NCBI GenBank assembly: GCA_016845365.1
Contig: JAERST010000005.1
Coordinates: forward strand, 12,846 to 76,845
Length of the DNA stretch: 64,000 nucleotides
Direction of reading: 5' to 3'
Source of the DNA: Methanobacteriota archaeon
GTDB taxonomy: Archaea > Thermoplasmatota > Poseidoniia > Poseidoniales > Thalassarchaeaceae
A program made the position numbers and the translations under genes. This document shows, in pieces, positions 44,563 to 53,891 of this stretch; position 1 is the first letter of the stretch, and every line of letters starts with the position of its first letter. The notes under the pieces were generated by a model, which was not told the origin of the DNA, searched no databases, and was given only the letters and a program-made list of their open reading frames with translations.

Positions 44563-45819
44563 TCAATCGCCACGAAACTCGGAAATCGCCGCGTGAACTT
44601 CTTCATCGCTCATCAAGCGGCGTTGACTCTTCGCAACCTCGAACATGTGAGCTACCAATTCATCATCCGACTCGTATCCATTCTGCTGCAACCACCAGAT
44701 AATGTTCGAGCGCCCGCTCATGTGACCGATACGAATGATTTGCTGCAAGCCATAATCCTGAGCGGGAACACCCGAATAAACCCGGTCAGCAAGCCAATGG
44801 TCTCCCTTCTTCATGGCCTTGATGACCGCGCTCGCGTGAACTCCGGTTCCGGTCTCAAAAGCATCCTCACCAAAGACCGGGTAATTGCGCGGCAGCGCGA
44901 CCTCAACGTATTCGTGCGCCTTGCGCATATACGCATTGAGCGCGGTCAAATCATTGTCGATAACGCCCATCAGCGACAAATTCACCAAAGTTTGGTCGAG
45001 CGGGGCATTTCCTGCCCGCTCGCCGACGCCGAGCGCAGTTCCGTGAATCACATCTGCGCCGGCTTCGACCGCGGCCAGATTGTTAGCGACGCCAAGGCCG
45101 CGATCCTGATGCCCATGCCAATTGACTTCGATATCACGGCGCTTAACACCGGCATCAGGAATCACCTCATCCTGAATGAAAGCCAATAATTTGCGAACTC
45201 CGTTCGGCGTAACATGTCCGACCGTGTCACAAACACAGATTCGGTCGGCCCCCAATTCGATAGCCCGAGTGTAAACCGCCTTGATTTCCTCGGGCTTCGA
45301 CCGAGTAGTATCCTCGGTAACGAACATCACAGGAATATCATTGTCAACGGCAAATGATACCGCCTTCTCAGCCGTGCTCATTATCCTCTCCATCGTCCAA
45401 TCCTCAGCAAATTGCCGAATTGGACTCGTCCCCAAAAATGCGCTAGCCTGAATCTGCCGCTCGTGCTTAGCCTGTAAATCAACGAGCGGCTCAATATCCC
45501 CAACAACAGTCCTCACAGCGCATCCCGGCCGCAATGAATAGCCATTCTCGCCCATGTGGGAGAGCATCGCATCGATGTGGTCAACGTGGAAGGGACCGGC
45601 CCCGGGCAAGCCGAGATCGACTTTCTGTATGCCAAGGCGTTCCATGAAGTCGATTAACTCGATTTTCTGCTGAATCGTCGGATTTCTGGCGCTGGGACTC
45701 TGTAGACCGTCGCGCAGGGTTTCGTCGTCGAACCAGACATCGTGGGGGTGGTTTGCAGGGTTGCGGTCGATTTCGTAATCGATGACATTCCAGTCGTAGA
45801 TGAGCTCCCTTTCCTCCAT
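44563..45819 (-). CDS. HMGL-like (DRE-TIM) metallolyase, 2-isopropylmalate/homocitrate synthase-like without regulatory domain
   Basis: ETLRDGLQS, DTVGHVTP, HGHQDRGLGVANNLAAVEAGADVIHGT. 418 aa. Confidence 0.75.
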   Translation of the reverse strand: MEERELIYDWNVIDYEIDRNPANHPHDVWFDDETLRDGLQSPSARNPTIQQKIELIDFMERLGIQKVDLGLPGAGPFHVDHIDAMLSHMGENGYSLRPGCAVRTVVGDIEPLVDLQAKHERQIQASAFLGTSPIRQFAEDWTMERIMSTAEKAVSFAVDNDIPVMFVTEDTTRSKPEEIKAVYTRAIELGADRICVCDTVGHVTPNGVRKLLAFIQDEVIPDAGVKRRDIEVNWHGHQDRGLGVANNLAAVEAGADVIHGTALGVGERAGNAPLDQTLVNLSLMGVIDNDLTALNAYMRKAHEYVEVALPRNYPVFGEDAFETGTGVHASAVIKAMKKGDHWLADRVYSGVPAQDYGLQQIIRIGHMSGRSNIIWWLQQNGYESDDELVAHMFEVAKSQRRLMSDEEVHAAISEFRGD

Positions 45820-45944
45820 GCTCTCACTCCCGCGAAACGCGTACTACGGCCGTCGAACGCACAGGCTGGCGTTTGAGGATTTCTGGGTTTGAGACTGAAT
45901 TGTGATGCGAACGCGCGCGAGGGGAAACAGGAATTCTAGTGGAT

Positions 45945-47021
45945 TCATGCCTTCATTCGCTTGCGCGCGTTCGACTCGTCTCGGAGCATAATCGTCGTTG
46001 CGAGGATTGCTCCGAGGATTGCTCCTTCCAATCCCGCACTGGCTGTGACTACGATTGCGAACATCATTGCGAGGTAAATCATCGAGACGAAGAAACTGCG
46101 AGCCGCGCTGGGGATTCGGTCAGCTTCGGTGCGGGGCTCGTTCACATCGATGATGAAGACGGTTCTGGCGTACCAGAGATTGACCAGAAGGGCGGTCAAT
46201 CCGAAAATCAGGTATTGATTCTCGAAGCGTTCCATACCGCCCATCGCTTCAGGTGCGGCTAATCCAAGAATGACCAGAAGCGCTGCGTAGACCTTCATCT
46301 CGCTGAGGGTGCGGTCGGCTCCTTTGACTCCAGGCATCATCGGGACGCCGACCGAATCGTACTCCGCCGAGCGGTAGAGGGCGAGGGCCCAGAAGTGAGG
46401 CGGAGTCCAAAGGAAAATCAGCAACAGAAGATACCACGGCAATAGGCTGCCGAGGTCAAAAATCGAGGTCAAGAAGGCCTCGGCGCCGCTGGTATCGAGC
46501 ATCAAACTCTCGTCAGCGGCAACCCAGCCGATTACCGGCGGCGTGGCACCTGCCAAGCCGCCGATGACGATGTTCTGAACCGAGGAACGCTTCAACCACA
46601 TCGTGTAAATAAAGATGTAAAAAAGGACGCTAAACGCCGCCCAAAAGGCGGCGATTCCCTTCCCAAAACAAAGGAACCAAGCCACACCCGCAATCGAAAT
46701 CAACACCCCAAAAGCGAGTGTTGCAGTAGCCGAAATCACCCCAGCAGGAATCGGTCGGTCGGCGGTGCGAGACATGATCGGGTCGATATCTCGGTCGTAC
46801 CACATATTGATCGCATTCGCACCGCCGGCGGTCAGGTAGCCTCCAACGAAAACCACACCCATCGTCCAAAGGGTATCCCCCCAAACGACTTGGCCGGCGC
46901 CTCCTGCCTGAAGCATGTCCTGCGAGAGAACCGCACACAGAGCGGTGATTTGCAAGAGCACGACGACGCCGGGTTTGGTGAGAGCCAGCCAAGCGCGCGC
47001 ACCCGTCGCTGGCTCTCCCAT
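45945..47021 (-). CDS. ctaB: protohaem IX farnesyltransferase (haem O synthase)
   Basis: UbiA-family motif NMWYDRDIDPIMSRTADRPIP, multi-TM. ATG 47021 chosen because the ORF-track start 47051 is TTG. Confidence 0.85.
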   Translation of the reverse strand: MGEPATGARAWLALTKPGVVVLLQITALCAVLSQDMLQAGGAGQVVWGDTLWTMGVVFVGGYLTAGGANAINMWYDRDIDPIMSRTADRPIPAGVISATATLAFGVLISIAGVAWFLCFGKGIAAFWAAFSVLFYIFIYTMWLKRSSVQNIVIGGLAGATPPVIGWVAADESLMLDTSGAEAFLTSIFDLGSLLPWYLLLLIFLWTPPHFWALALYRSAEYDSVGVPMMPGVKGADRTLSEMKVYAALLVILGLAAPEAMGGMERFENQYLIFGLTALLVNLWYARTVFIIDVNEPRTEADRIPSAARSFFVSMIYLAMMFAIVVTASAGLEGAILGAILATTIMLRDESNARKRMKA

Positions 47022-47057
47022 GGTCACGCCCTTTGGGCGTGAGTCCTTCAATTCGAC

Positions 47058-48119
47058 TCATTCGAGGGTCTGTGGTGTCGGCTCGTGCAGGGCTATGGTT
47101 GCGGTGGCAATCCAAGCGGTGGCGAGGGTTAGGAAGGTGAGCGAGCCGATGAGCAGATGGACCAGTGAAAGCGCCTCTTGGAAGGCCTCTGTGTCCGGCG
47201 CCCATGAGAGCACGTAGAGCGCACCGATGAGCACGTTGAGCAGGAAAAGACCGGCGGCAGTCCAGACCCAATTTCGCAAAATCCTGCCGTGTTGGTGCTC
47301 CTTGTACTCCTTCCAAACGAACCAGGCCGCGGCCAGAAGAGCGACCTCCACCGCGGCGACAATCCAGCGATGAATCACTTGAGATTGATTGACGACATCG
47401 ACGATTTCAGGAAAGAAAGTCCCGTGACAAAGTGGCCAAGCATCGTGGCTCCCGACCCCACATACCGTGTCTGCACCTGGAGTTGTGGCGACGAAGACGC
47501 CGGCGAAGAGGGCGGCGAAGGAGCCGAGTCCGAGCCAAGCGATTCGGCGGTGCCAGCGCGAGGCAAGGACCGGGTCAAAATCGAGCCAAGATGGGCTTTG
47601 ACCCGAGTCTCTGTGCAGGCAAAGCCAGAGCCAGATTAGGGTGAGTTCGAAGGCGAGGGCGCTTGCGAGATGGAGGGCTACACTCCAGTGTTCATTGTCC
47701 ATTTCGACGGTGAGCCAGCCGAGAGCGCCTTGCCAAATGATGAGGCCGACCGCGAGGCTGGAAGCGAAACTCGCTCCTGCGGTCGAATCCTCGTCTCTGC
47801 GAATTAGTAACCAATTGAGCAGGACGAGAGGTCCGAGGATGGCTCCGGCGAGCAATCGGTGAAACCACTCGGTGAAAATCTCGAATGTGGTGTAACGATG
47901 GTGCTCGCCTCGGGAATCGATTTCCTCAGGATTTGCTTCCCACCAGGCTTCCTGCTCCTCCGGACTGATATCGAATGACCACGAACCGAAGCAGGTCGGC
48001 CAATCGGGACAAGACTCGCCAGCATCTGAGACTCTGACGAGGCCGCCGACCGCGATGACTACGAAAGTTAGGACGATTAGTCCGGCGGTCAAACGCTTGG
48101 TATCGATGCGGTCGAGCAT
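47058..48119 (-). CDS. ctaA: haem A synthase (COX15/CtaA)
   Basis: GGLVRVSDAGESCPDWPTCFG N-terminal Cys pair block, 8 TM with conserved His, immediately upstream of ctaB. Confidence 0.8.
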   Translation of the reverse strand: MLDRIDTKRLTAGLIVLTFVVIAVGGLVRVSDAGESCPDWPTCFGSWSFDISPEEQEAWWEANPEEIDSRGEHHRYTTFEIFTEWFHRLLAGAILGPLVLLNWLLIRRDEDSTAGASFASSLAVGLIIWQGALGWLTVEMDNEHWSVALHLASALAFELTLIWLWLCLHRDSGQSPSWLDFDPVLASRWHRRIAWLGLGSFAALFAGVFVATTPGADTVCGVGSHDAWPLCHGTFFPEIVDVVNQSQVIHRWIVAAVEVALLAAAWFVWKEYKEHQHGRILRNWVWTAAGLFLLNVLIGALYVLSWAPDTEAFQEALSLVHLLIGSLTFLTLATAWIATATIALHEPTPQTLE

Positions 48120-48179
48120 AGCTCAGCCCCAGAGATTTGAGACTCCGAATTCGGAGTTGCCGCGAGCGCGGCGGAGTCT

Positions 48180-48440
48180 TCACTCCTCCTCGCTGTGAGG
48201 ATCGACATCGATCGGGATGCGGTGGGATTCGTACTCCAGCATCGCGATCTTCAGTGGGTCGAGGACGAAGCGTGCCTTTGCATCCTCGGTTCCGTAGAGT
48301 TGAATGAGTTCGTTCATGAAGTTCTCTCGGAGTTCTTCCTCTGAGACGTACAATGGTGCGCCCATGCTGATTTGCAAGGCTCGCGCACCAATGATTCGGG
48401 CCTTCTCGAAGCGAGTGTGCTGTCGTAGGGGCTTGACCAT
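48180..48440 (-). CDS. rpoK: DNA-directed RNA polymerase subunit K (Rpo6)
   Basis: TRFEKARIIGARALQISMGAP core of the Rpo6/RPB6/omega family. 86 aa. Confidence 0.85.
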   Translation of the reverse strand: MVKPLRQHTRFEKARIIGARALQISMGAPLYVSEEELRENFMNELIQLYGTEDAKARFVLDPLKIAMLEYESHRIPIDVDPHSEEE

Positions 48441-48519
48441 CGGGGCGGGCGACCGGAGACCCCCATATTAGGCCACCGGCAGGACTACGCCCCCTATGGG
48501 GGCGCGGATATTGCTCGGC

Positions 48520-49683
48520 TCAGGCTTCGATTAGCATGCCGACTGCATTGCCGCCGCCGAGGCAAATCGTGACGATTCCGCGGCGGCCGCCGGTGCGGTT
48601 AAGCGCGTTTGTCAGCGTCATTAGGCAACGCGCTCCAGTCGCGCCGAGAGGGTGGCCCAGAGCGACTGCGCCACCGTGTGGATTGAATCCTTCATCAGGG
48701 AAATCGAAGGCCTTCTGCACTGCGCAAGAGGCAGATGCGAAGGCCTCGTTATGCTCCAGGATATCGATGTCCGCGATTGTCAAGCCGTTGCGCTCGAGCA
48801 GCATCTCGACGGCTGGAATCGGAGCGGACATCACTCGGTGCGGCTCAACGCCCGATGTGACGAAGTCGACTATCCGTGCGAGCACCGGCCAGCCATTTGC
48901 TGCGGCGGCTTCCTCGGATGCGATTAGCACCGCAGAACCGCCGTCGGAGACTTGGCTGGCATTGCCGGCTGTGACCTGTCCATTCTCGTCGAAGACGGTT
49001 CTGAGGCCGGCCAAACCATCCATTGTTGTGTCATCTCGGATGCCTTCATCGCGGCTCAGTCCTTCGATTTCTAGGCATTCATCAGCCAGCCATCCCGCGG
49101 ACCATGCTTTGCTTGCAAGAGTGTGTGAGCGAACCGCGTAGGCATCCGATTGCTCACGGGAGATATCTGCCTCGCAGGCGATGGTCTCTCCCGTGACCCC
49201 CATCATAGATCCATCATAGGCATCCTTCAGCCCATCGTGGCTGAGGATGCTCGAGAGGTCGGCATACGAAATCTCGTCCCCGCGCCTTGCACCTCGGATG
49301 AAGTGCGGCGCATTAGACATCGATTCCATGCCGCCAGCGATTACTACATCGGCACGTCCAGCCATGATTTCAGTCGCGCCGATCATCGCCGCCTTGAGAC
49401 TCGAACCACAGACCTTGTTCACCGTCGTGCAAGGCGTCGAGTAGGGCAAGCCAGCCCCCAATGCAACTTGACGAGCGGGGGCTTGACCAGCACCCGCTTG
49501 CAGAACTTGACCCATGTAGACTTGGTCGACGATGCCGCTCGCGGCATCGATTCCGGCGCGCTGTAGCAGCTCCTTCACAGCCAGCGTGCCCAACTCTGTC
49601 GCCGAGTATCCAGTGAGTGCCCCACGGTAACGACCGAAGGGAGTTCGCGCATAGGCGCAGATGACAGGTGCCGGCACATCCAT
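48520..49683 (-). CDS. acetyl-CoA C-acetyltransferase (thiolase II)
   Basis: Active-site Cys block TVNKVCGSSLKA, NEAFA, GHPLGATG, CLGGGNA. 387 aa. Confidence 0.9.
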   Translation of the reverse strand: MDVPAPVICAYARTPFGRYRGALTGYSATELGTLAVKELLQRAGIDAASGIVDQVYMGQVLQAGAGQAPARQVALGAGLPYSTPCTTVNKVCGSSLKAAMIGATEIMAGRADVVIAGGMESMSNAPHFIRGARRGDEISYADLSSILSHDGLKDAYDGSMMGVTGETIACEADISREQSDAYAVRSHTLASKAWSAGWLADECLEIEGLSRDEGIRDDTTMDGLAGLRTVFDENGQVTAGNASQVSDGGSAVLIASEEAAAANGWPVLARIVDFVTSGVEPHRVMSAPIPAVEMLLERNGLTIADIDILEHNEAFASASCAVQKAFDFPDEGFNPHGGAVALGHPLGATGARCLMTLTNALNRTGGRRGIVTICLGGGNAVGMLIEA

Positions 49684-49736
49684 TGCGAGAGAGGTCGAGT
49701 CCTTGAAAGGTGCGATGATTGCACCGCCGCAATCAC

Positions 49737-50912
49737 TCAGTTTTCAGCCGAATAACCGTAGAATTCTGCATTGCTCAGCGCCGGTCGCGACTGCGGCTTG
49801 ACGAGAATCGTTCGAACCGCCCAGAGGTCTTTGAAAATTCGATATTGCGAGGTTGCATCGAGATAATCGACGCCGCTGGTTCCACCAGTTCCCATGCGGC
49901 GTCCCATGATTCTCTCGACCATGCGCGCGTGGGCATGTCGCCACTTCACCATCGATTCCTCCAACTCGACGATTGCGTCGATCAAGGTTCTCGGCCAAGT
50001 CAGAAGTGGCAATTCGCGGTAGGATTCGATGAATAGCAGGCCAGCTCGCGCGCGGCTGACCTCACCATCCGGCTTGAGGAACTCGACGGCGGCCTGATGC
50101 GAGGCTGCGAACCTCTCGGCCGCCTGCTTTGGAGTCGATGCTCCATAATCAGACATACGAGCAGCCGCCTCTTTTCCAATCGCTTCATGCGCGGCCAGAT
50201 GCGAATCGACATAGGCCGCGACGACCGCATCATCATCTTCGCTTCCAGCGGTCGAACCCATAATCGGAGTCCTCGAAATCCATCGTAGAATCGAATCGAA
50301 AAGCGATGGTTTCGATGCGGCATCCTCGAGCCGGGCGAGGATGTCCGCATCGCGCTGCGAATTACCAGCTAATTTCCGGAAAGTAGCAATCGGGTCCATG
50401 CCATACAATCTATCTTCGTTCTTGAGTCCAAGAAGAATCTCAAATTCCCGCATCTGATACGACTCAAATCCTGAGGCAGTTCCTAAGCCATCACGGAACG
50501 CGAGGAAGCCTTGAGGAGTCAATGTCTCGAGAACTGCCCATTGATTTCCCATCAAGCGAAAGATCTCGGTGGTTCGCCCGAGGTGAGCGACCGCTCGAGG
50601 GATGTCATCCTCGGGTACGTGGTCTTGACCGAGGATGTCGCGAACTTCAGTCAGTTCGCGAATCACCTGCTTGAACCAAAGTTCGAAGGTTTGGTGGACG
50701 ATTATGAAGTGCATTTCGTCGGGTGTGACGCCCCTGTTTTCGCCTTGGAGTTCGAGGAGTTCGGGGAGTCGGAGGTAGTCACCGTAGGTCCAATTCCCGT
50801 CGCTGCTTGGGCCGCCCATGCTCTGCGGATGACGCTCCACGCTTGAATCGTTACCTAAGCCACCGTTCGGGTTTTTTGACTTGATAAACGCGCCACTGCA
50901 GTCCTGTTCCAT
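49737..50912 (-). CDS. kynA: tryptophan 2,3-dioxygenase
   Basis: YGDYLRLPELL, HFIIVHQTFELWFKQ, GFLAFRDGLGTASGFESYQMREFE, GTGGTSGVDYL. An internal ATG (MGGPSS...) is an alternative start. Confidence 0.8.
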   Translation of the reverse strand: MEQDCSGAFIKSKNPNGGLGNDSSVERHPQSMGGPSSDGNWTYGDYLRLPELLELQGENRGVTPDEMHFIIVHQTFELWFKQVIRELTEVRDILGQDHVPEDDIPRAVAHLGRTTEIFRLMGNQWAVLETLTPQGFLAFRDGLGTASGFESYQMREFEILLGLKNEDRLYGMDPIATFRKLAGNSQRDADILARLEDAASKPSLFDSILRWISRTPIMGSTAGSEDDDAVVAAYVDSHLAAHEAIGKEAAARMSDYGASTPKQAAERFAASHQAAVEFLKPDGEVSRARAGLLFIESYRELPLLTWPRTLIDAIVELEESMVKWRHAHARMVERIMGRRMGTGGTSGVDYLDATSQYRIFKDLWAVRTILVKPQSRPALSNAEFYGYSAEN

Positions 50913-51034
50913 GGCTTCAAAGTGCTTTGCCGGGCCACACCGGCTCGTTGATACGGGTTGGGAGGGCTGAGAGTGCTATGTCCGGAGCCTGCGGGATGCC
51001 GACTGGAGATGGCTCTGACGTGGGATTGGGGCCA

Positions 51035-51595
51035 ATGGGTGAGATTGCTCTCTCGCTCGATGTTGGCGGAGGGGTCACGCTTGAGGCTCCGACTTTGGAT
51101 GATGCTGCTGAATTATTTGCAGTAATCGATGCTAACCGTGCTCATTTGCGGGCTTGGTTGCCTTGGTTGGATGGGACGAATTCTGTCGAGGATGAGGTTG
51201 GATTCTTGCAGATGTGCGCAGATGAGCGGGCTGCTGGTTCTACGGCCTTCTGGATAATTCGTGAGAATGGTTCTGCTGTCGGGACGATGAGTCTGAATTG
51301 GATCGATGCGCAGAATCGTGGGTGTGGTGTTGGATATTGGTTGTCGAAGGATTGTGAGGGGCGCGGGATTGTGACACGTTCTTGTTCGCGCCTGATGGAT
51401 CACGTCTTCGATGATGTTGGGATGCGCCGCTTCGTGTTGGAAGCGGCGCTGGATAATCATGGGAGTCGAGCCGTCGCTGAACGGTTGGGCATGCGGCTCG
51501 AGGGTGAGACGCGCGACCGTGAGTGGTTGTACGATAGGTGGATTAACGCTGCACTGTATGCGATTACTGCGCCTGAGTGGAAGGCTCGGAGATAG
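51035..51595 (+). CDS. RimJ/RimL-type GNAT N-acetyltransferase
   Basis: LRAWLPWLD, VGYWLSKDCEGRGIVT, NHGSRAVAERLGMRLEG. Start ATG 51035 (MGEIAL...). Confidence 0.8.
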   Translation: MGEIALSLDVGGGVTLEAPTLDDAAELFAVIDANRAHLRAWLPWLDGTNSVEDEVGFLQMCADERAAGSTAFWIIRENGSAVGTMSLNWIDAQNRGCGVGYWLSKDCEGRGIVTRSCSRLMDHVFDDVGMRRFVLEAALDNHGSRAVAERLGMRLEGETRDREWLYDRWINAALYAITAPEWKARR

Positions 51596-51609
51596 TTCTC
51601 GAATTCTGA

Positions 51610-53751
51610 TTAGGTATTCAGCAAACCGTGGTCTTCGAGTTCGCAAGCGCCTGATGGTAGGGCTGCGAGGACATCGTCTTGGGCGAGTCCTGTGGCTTTG
51701 GCGATTCGATTGGCGAGGGTTTCTTTCTTTTCGCGGCCGGGCTTGATGAGTGCCCAGCGTTGGCATAGATTCGAGACTCCGGCCGCGGTTCCAGAGACTG
51801 GGATTGGGATATTGTTGATGATTGCAAAACCGATTGCGATTTCCATCGGAACGTCGCGGTACCAAGTTCGCTGTCCTCTGACTACGAATGCTCCACGGCC
51901 GAGGGATTCACCGCTCTCGGTTTGCTTCGATACTTGTGAGGGGCGGGCGTGGAAGGCGGTTGCAGCCGCCCCGCCGCTACCCCAGGCGCGCGACCAACAA
52001 ATGGCCAACTGCGCGCCTTCTTCGATGATTTCGGCGGGCAGATTTTGAGCGTCTTCTTGCCCGCCGGCCAATTCTTGTGAAATCTTCAGCGAGGCCACAC
52101 CCTCAGGCCTGAAACCGACCGGATGAGGGTCGACCTCGAGCCCGTCGCGCAGTCGAAGTGAGCAGGATGGTGCGCCGTGCAAATCGGCGTGAACATAGAG
52201 GTCGGTCGAGCGCAAATATTTGCGAACCACGGTGTCGTTGCCCTTCGCATCGCGCCCGCCGACGATGAGTCGACCATCGGATAGGATTCCCCAGCGATGC
52301 TTCTCGAACCAGAATCGCTTGCTGCGCTTGGCGAGCCGAACCCGACCAGCTGCCGCGTCCTTGGCTCGCTTGGCTTGCTCCTTGGCGGCTTGGGCTTCGG
52401 TTCGCTCCAAAGCCGCCCTCGCCCCCTTGGCCTTATCCTTGAGAGTGCGAGCTTGCTCGAAATATGTCTGAGCGTTCTGGTGAACCGATTTTTCTACGGC
52501 GAGGGTGACACTCGCACCGGCTTCGCCATCTTCGTCAGGTAGCCTTGCGAGGATGGTCCTCTTGGCTGGGTCGACACGGTCGATCCACACTACATCTTTG
52601 ACCTTTGAATCGAGGCTTTGCCAGCTCTCGCTCTCGATGAGCGAATTGACTTGGCCGAGCAAATCGTCAACATGAGTCCAATTATCCTGGACCGATTTGG
52701 CCAATTCTTGCGTCAGAACTGCTTGGGATTCGAAGCGCTCGATGGCCGAGCGCTGCTGGGCAGCGCGACGGTCCAATTTGGCGCGTTGTTCCTCTTCATC
52801 CTCGCCCGCCGCAGCGAGTTTTTCCTCCTCGCGGCGGATGTAAGCGATTGCATCATGCGCGCCGAATACGGCATCGTAAGCTGCGGAGAGGTTTTCGATG
52901 CCGACGCGTTGAGTCTCATCCAAGAAGGGCAAGACGATTGGCGAGAATTCGCTAATTCCCGAACTCGCCGTATCGATGCTGACGGGGTTCTCAGCCGATT
53001 TCCAAGCCGTCAGCCCCTCTGAATCCTCAAACCAAAGATGCGATCCCTCACCATTTGCCAATTCATCTAGAAGGCTCGACATCGCATCACTGAGAGCCTG
53101 CCTCTGCTCCTCATCGAGGGAATCAGCAGGCTCATCCAAACCAATTCCAGCCGCAGTACAAACCGCATTACCGTAAATCCGACCAAGATTCACACGAGCA
53201 GCCAAAGTGCGAATAATCGAATGGCCCGACTCGCCAAGAATTGCATCCAATTCTTCACGCGCAAGCCCGCGAGGGTCAACGGTTTCGGGAGGAGCGAGGT
53301 ATGGCTCGCCTCGCTTCAGTGAACGGCTAGCGTACTTGGCATGAGTCAGCGGCTGGATGATCACATCATTCTCATCGAGCAACAAAACATTGCCATCACG
53401 AAATAACTCGATGACCAATTTCAATCGGCCTCCACCGTGCTCAAAGGTCAGAATCACAACCCTGTCGAATCCGACTTGCTCAACCTCGACCAAACGCGAA
53501 TTCGACAGATGCTTTCGCAAAACCATGGCAAAGGGTGAGGGATTGTTCGGCATCGGCCGATCGCGTCGCGACATGTACAGTCGCTTACCCCGAACGATCA
53601 CCAAATCGACAGAGGGTTCTCCCTTCGGGTTCAATCGCAAAACAACTTGCTCATGGTGTGGCTGATACGCTTTGCGCGCGCGAACGCCAATCATCGAACG
53701 CAACTCGCGAACGGTGCGCGCCACATCGAAGGAGGAAGACTGCGCGCGCAT
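51610..53751 (-). CDS. NFACT-family protein (Rqc2/NEMF/RqcH homologue)
   Basis: NFACT-N start (SSFDVARTVRELRSMIG...KAYQP), long coiled-coil middle, NFACT-R block DLYVHADLHGAPSCSLR. Start ATG 53751 preferred, but ATG 53784 is possible. Confidence 0.85.
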   Translation of the reverse strand: MRAQSSSFDVARTVRELRSMIGVRARKAYQPHHEQVVLRLNPKGEPSVDLVIVRGKRLYMSRRDRPMPNNPSPFAMVLRKHLSNSRLVEVEQVGFDRVVILTFEHGGGRLKLVIELFRDGNVLLLDENDVIIQPLTHAKYASRSLKRGEPYLAPPETVDPRGLAREELDAILGESGHSIIRTLAARVNLGRIYGNAVCTAAGIGLDEPADSLDEEQRQALSDAMSSLLDELANGEGSHLWFEDSEGLTAWKSAENPVSIDTASSGISEFSPIVLPFLDETQRVGIENLSAAYDAVFGAHDAIAYIRREEEKLAAAGEDEEEQRAKLDRRAAQQRSAIERFESQAVLTQELAKSVQDNWTHVDDLLGQVNSLIESESWQSLDSKVKDVVWIDRVDPAKRTILARLPDEDGEAGASVTLAVEKSVHQNAQTYFEQARTLKDKAKGARAALERTEAQAAKEQAKRAKDAAAGRVRLAKRSKRFWFEKHRWGILSDGRLIVGGRDAKGNDTVVRKYLRSTDLYVHADLHGAPSCSLRLRDGLEVDPHPVGFRPEGVASLKISQELAGGQEDAQNLPAEIIEEGAQLAICWSRAWGSGGAAATAFHARPSQVSKQTESGESLGRGAFVVRGQRTWYRDVPMEIAIGFAIINNIPIPVSGTAAGVSNLCQRWALIKPGREKKETLANRIAKATGLAQDDVLAALPSGACELEDHGLLNT

Positions 53752-53786
53752 GGCTCTCAACCCGCTGTCCCACGCGCCCTTCATCA

Positions 53787-53873
53787 GACAATCGCTCGCA
53801 CTCCCACCTCACCCGGCGACAATCGCTCCCACTCGCACCCAACCCCACAACAGACAATCGCTTGATATCCCAC
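53787..53873. promoter_or_regulatory. three direct repeats headed by GACAATCGCT in the divergent NFACT / HExxH-protein promoter region
   Basis: GACAATCGCTCGCACTCCCAC (53787), GACAATCGCTCCCACTCGCAC (53818), GACAATCGCTTGATATCCCAC (53853). Start-to-start spacing is 31 and 35 nt. Confidence 0.55.
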
Positions 53874-53891
53874 GGCGCGCGCTCGATACAC

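Noticed and set aside
48180-48440. rpoK sitting alone between haem A synthase and thiolase genes, rather than with other RNAP or ribosomal genes.
   Set aside because: Gene order for small RNAP subunits varies among archaeal lineages. The gene itself shows nothing abnormal.
48460-48502. Inverted repeat CCCCCATA...TATGGGGG between rpoK and the thiolase gene.
   Set aside because: It has only 8-bp arms with a 27-nt loop. It may be a weak terminator or leader structure, but nothing distinguishes it from chance.
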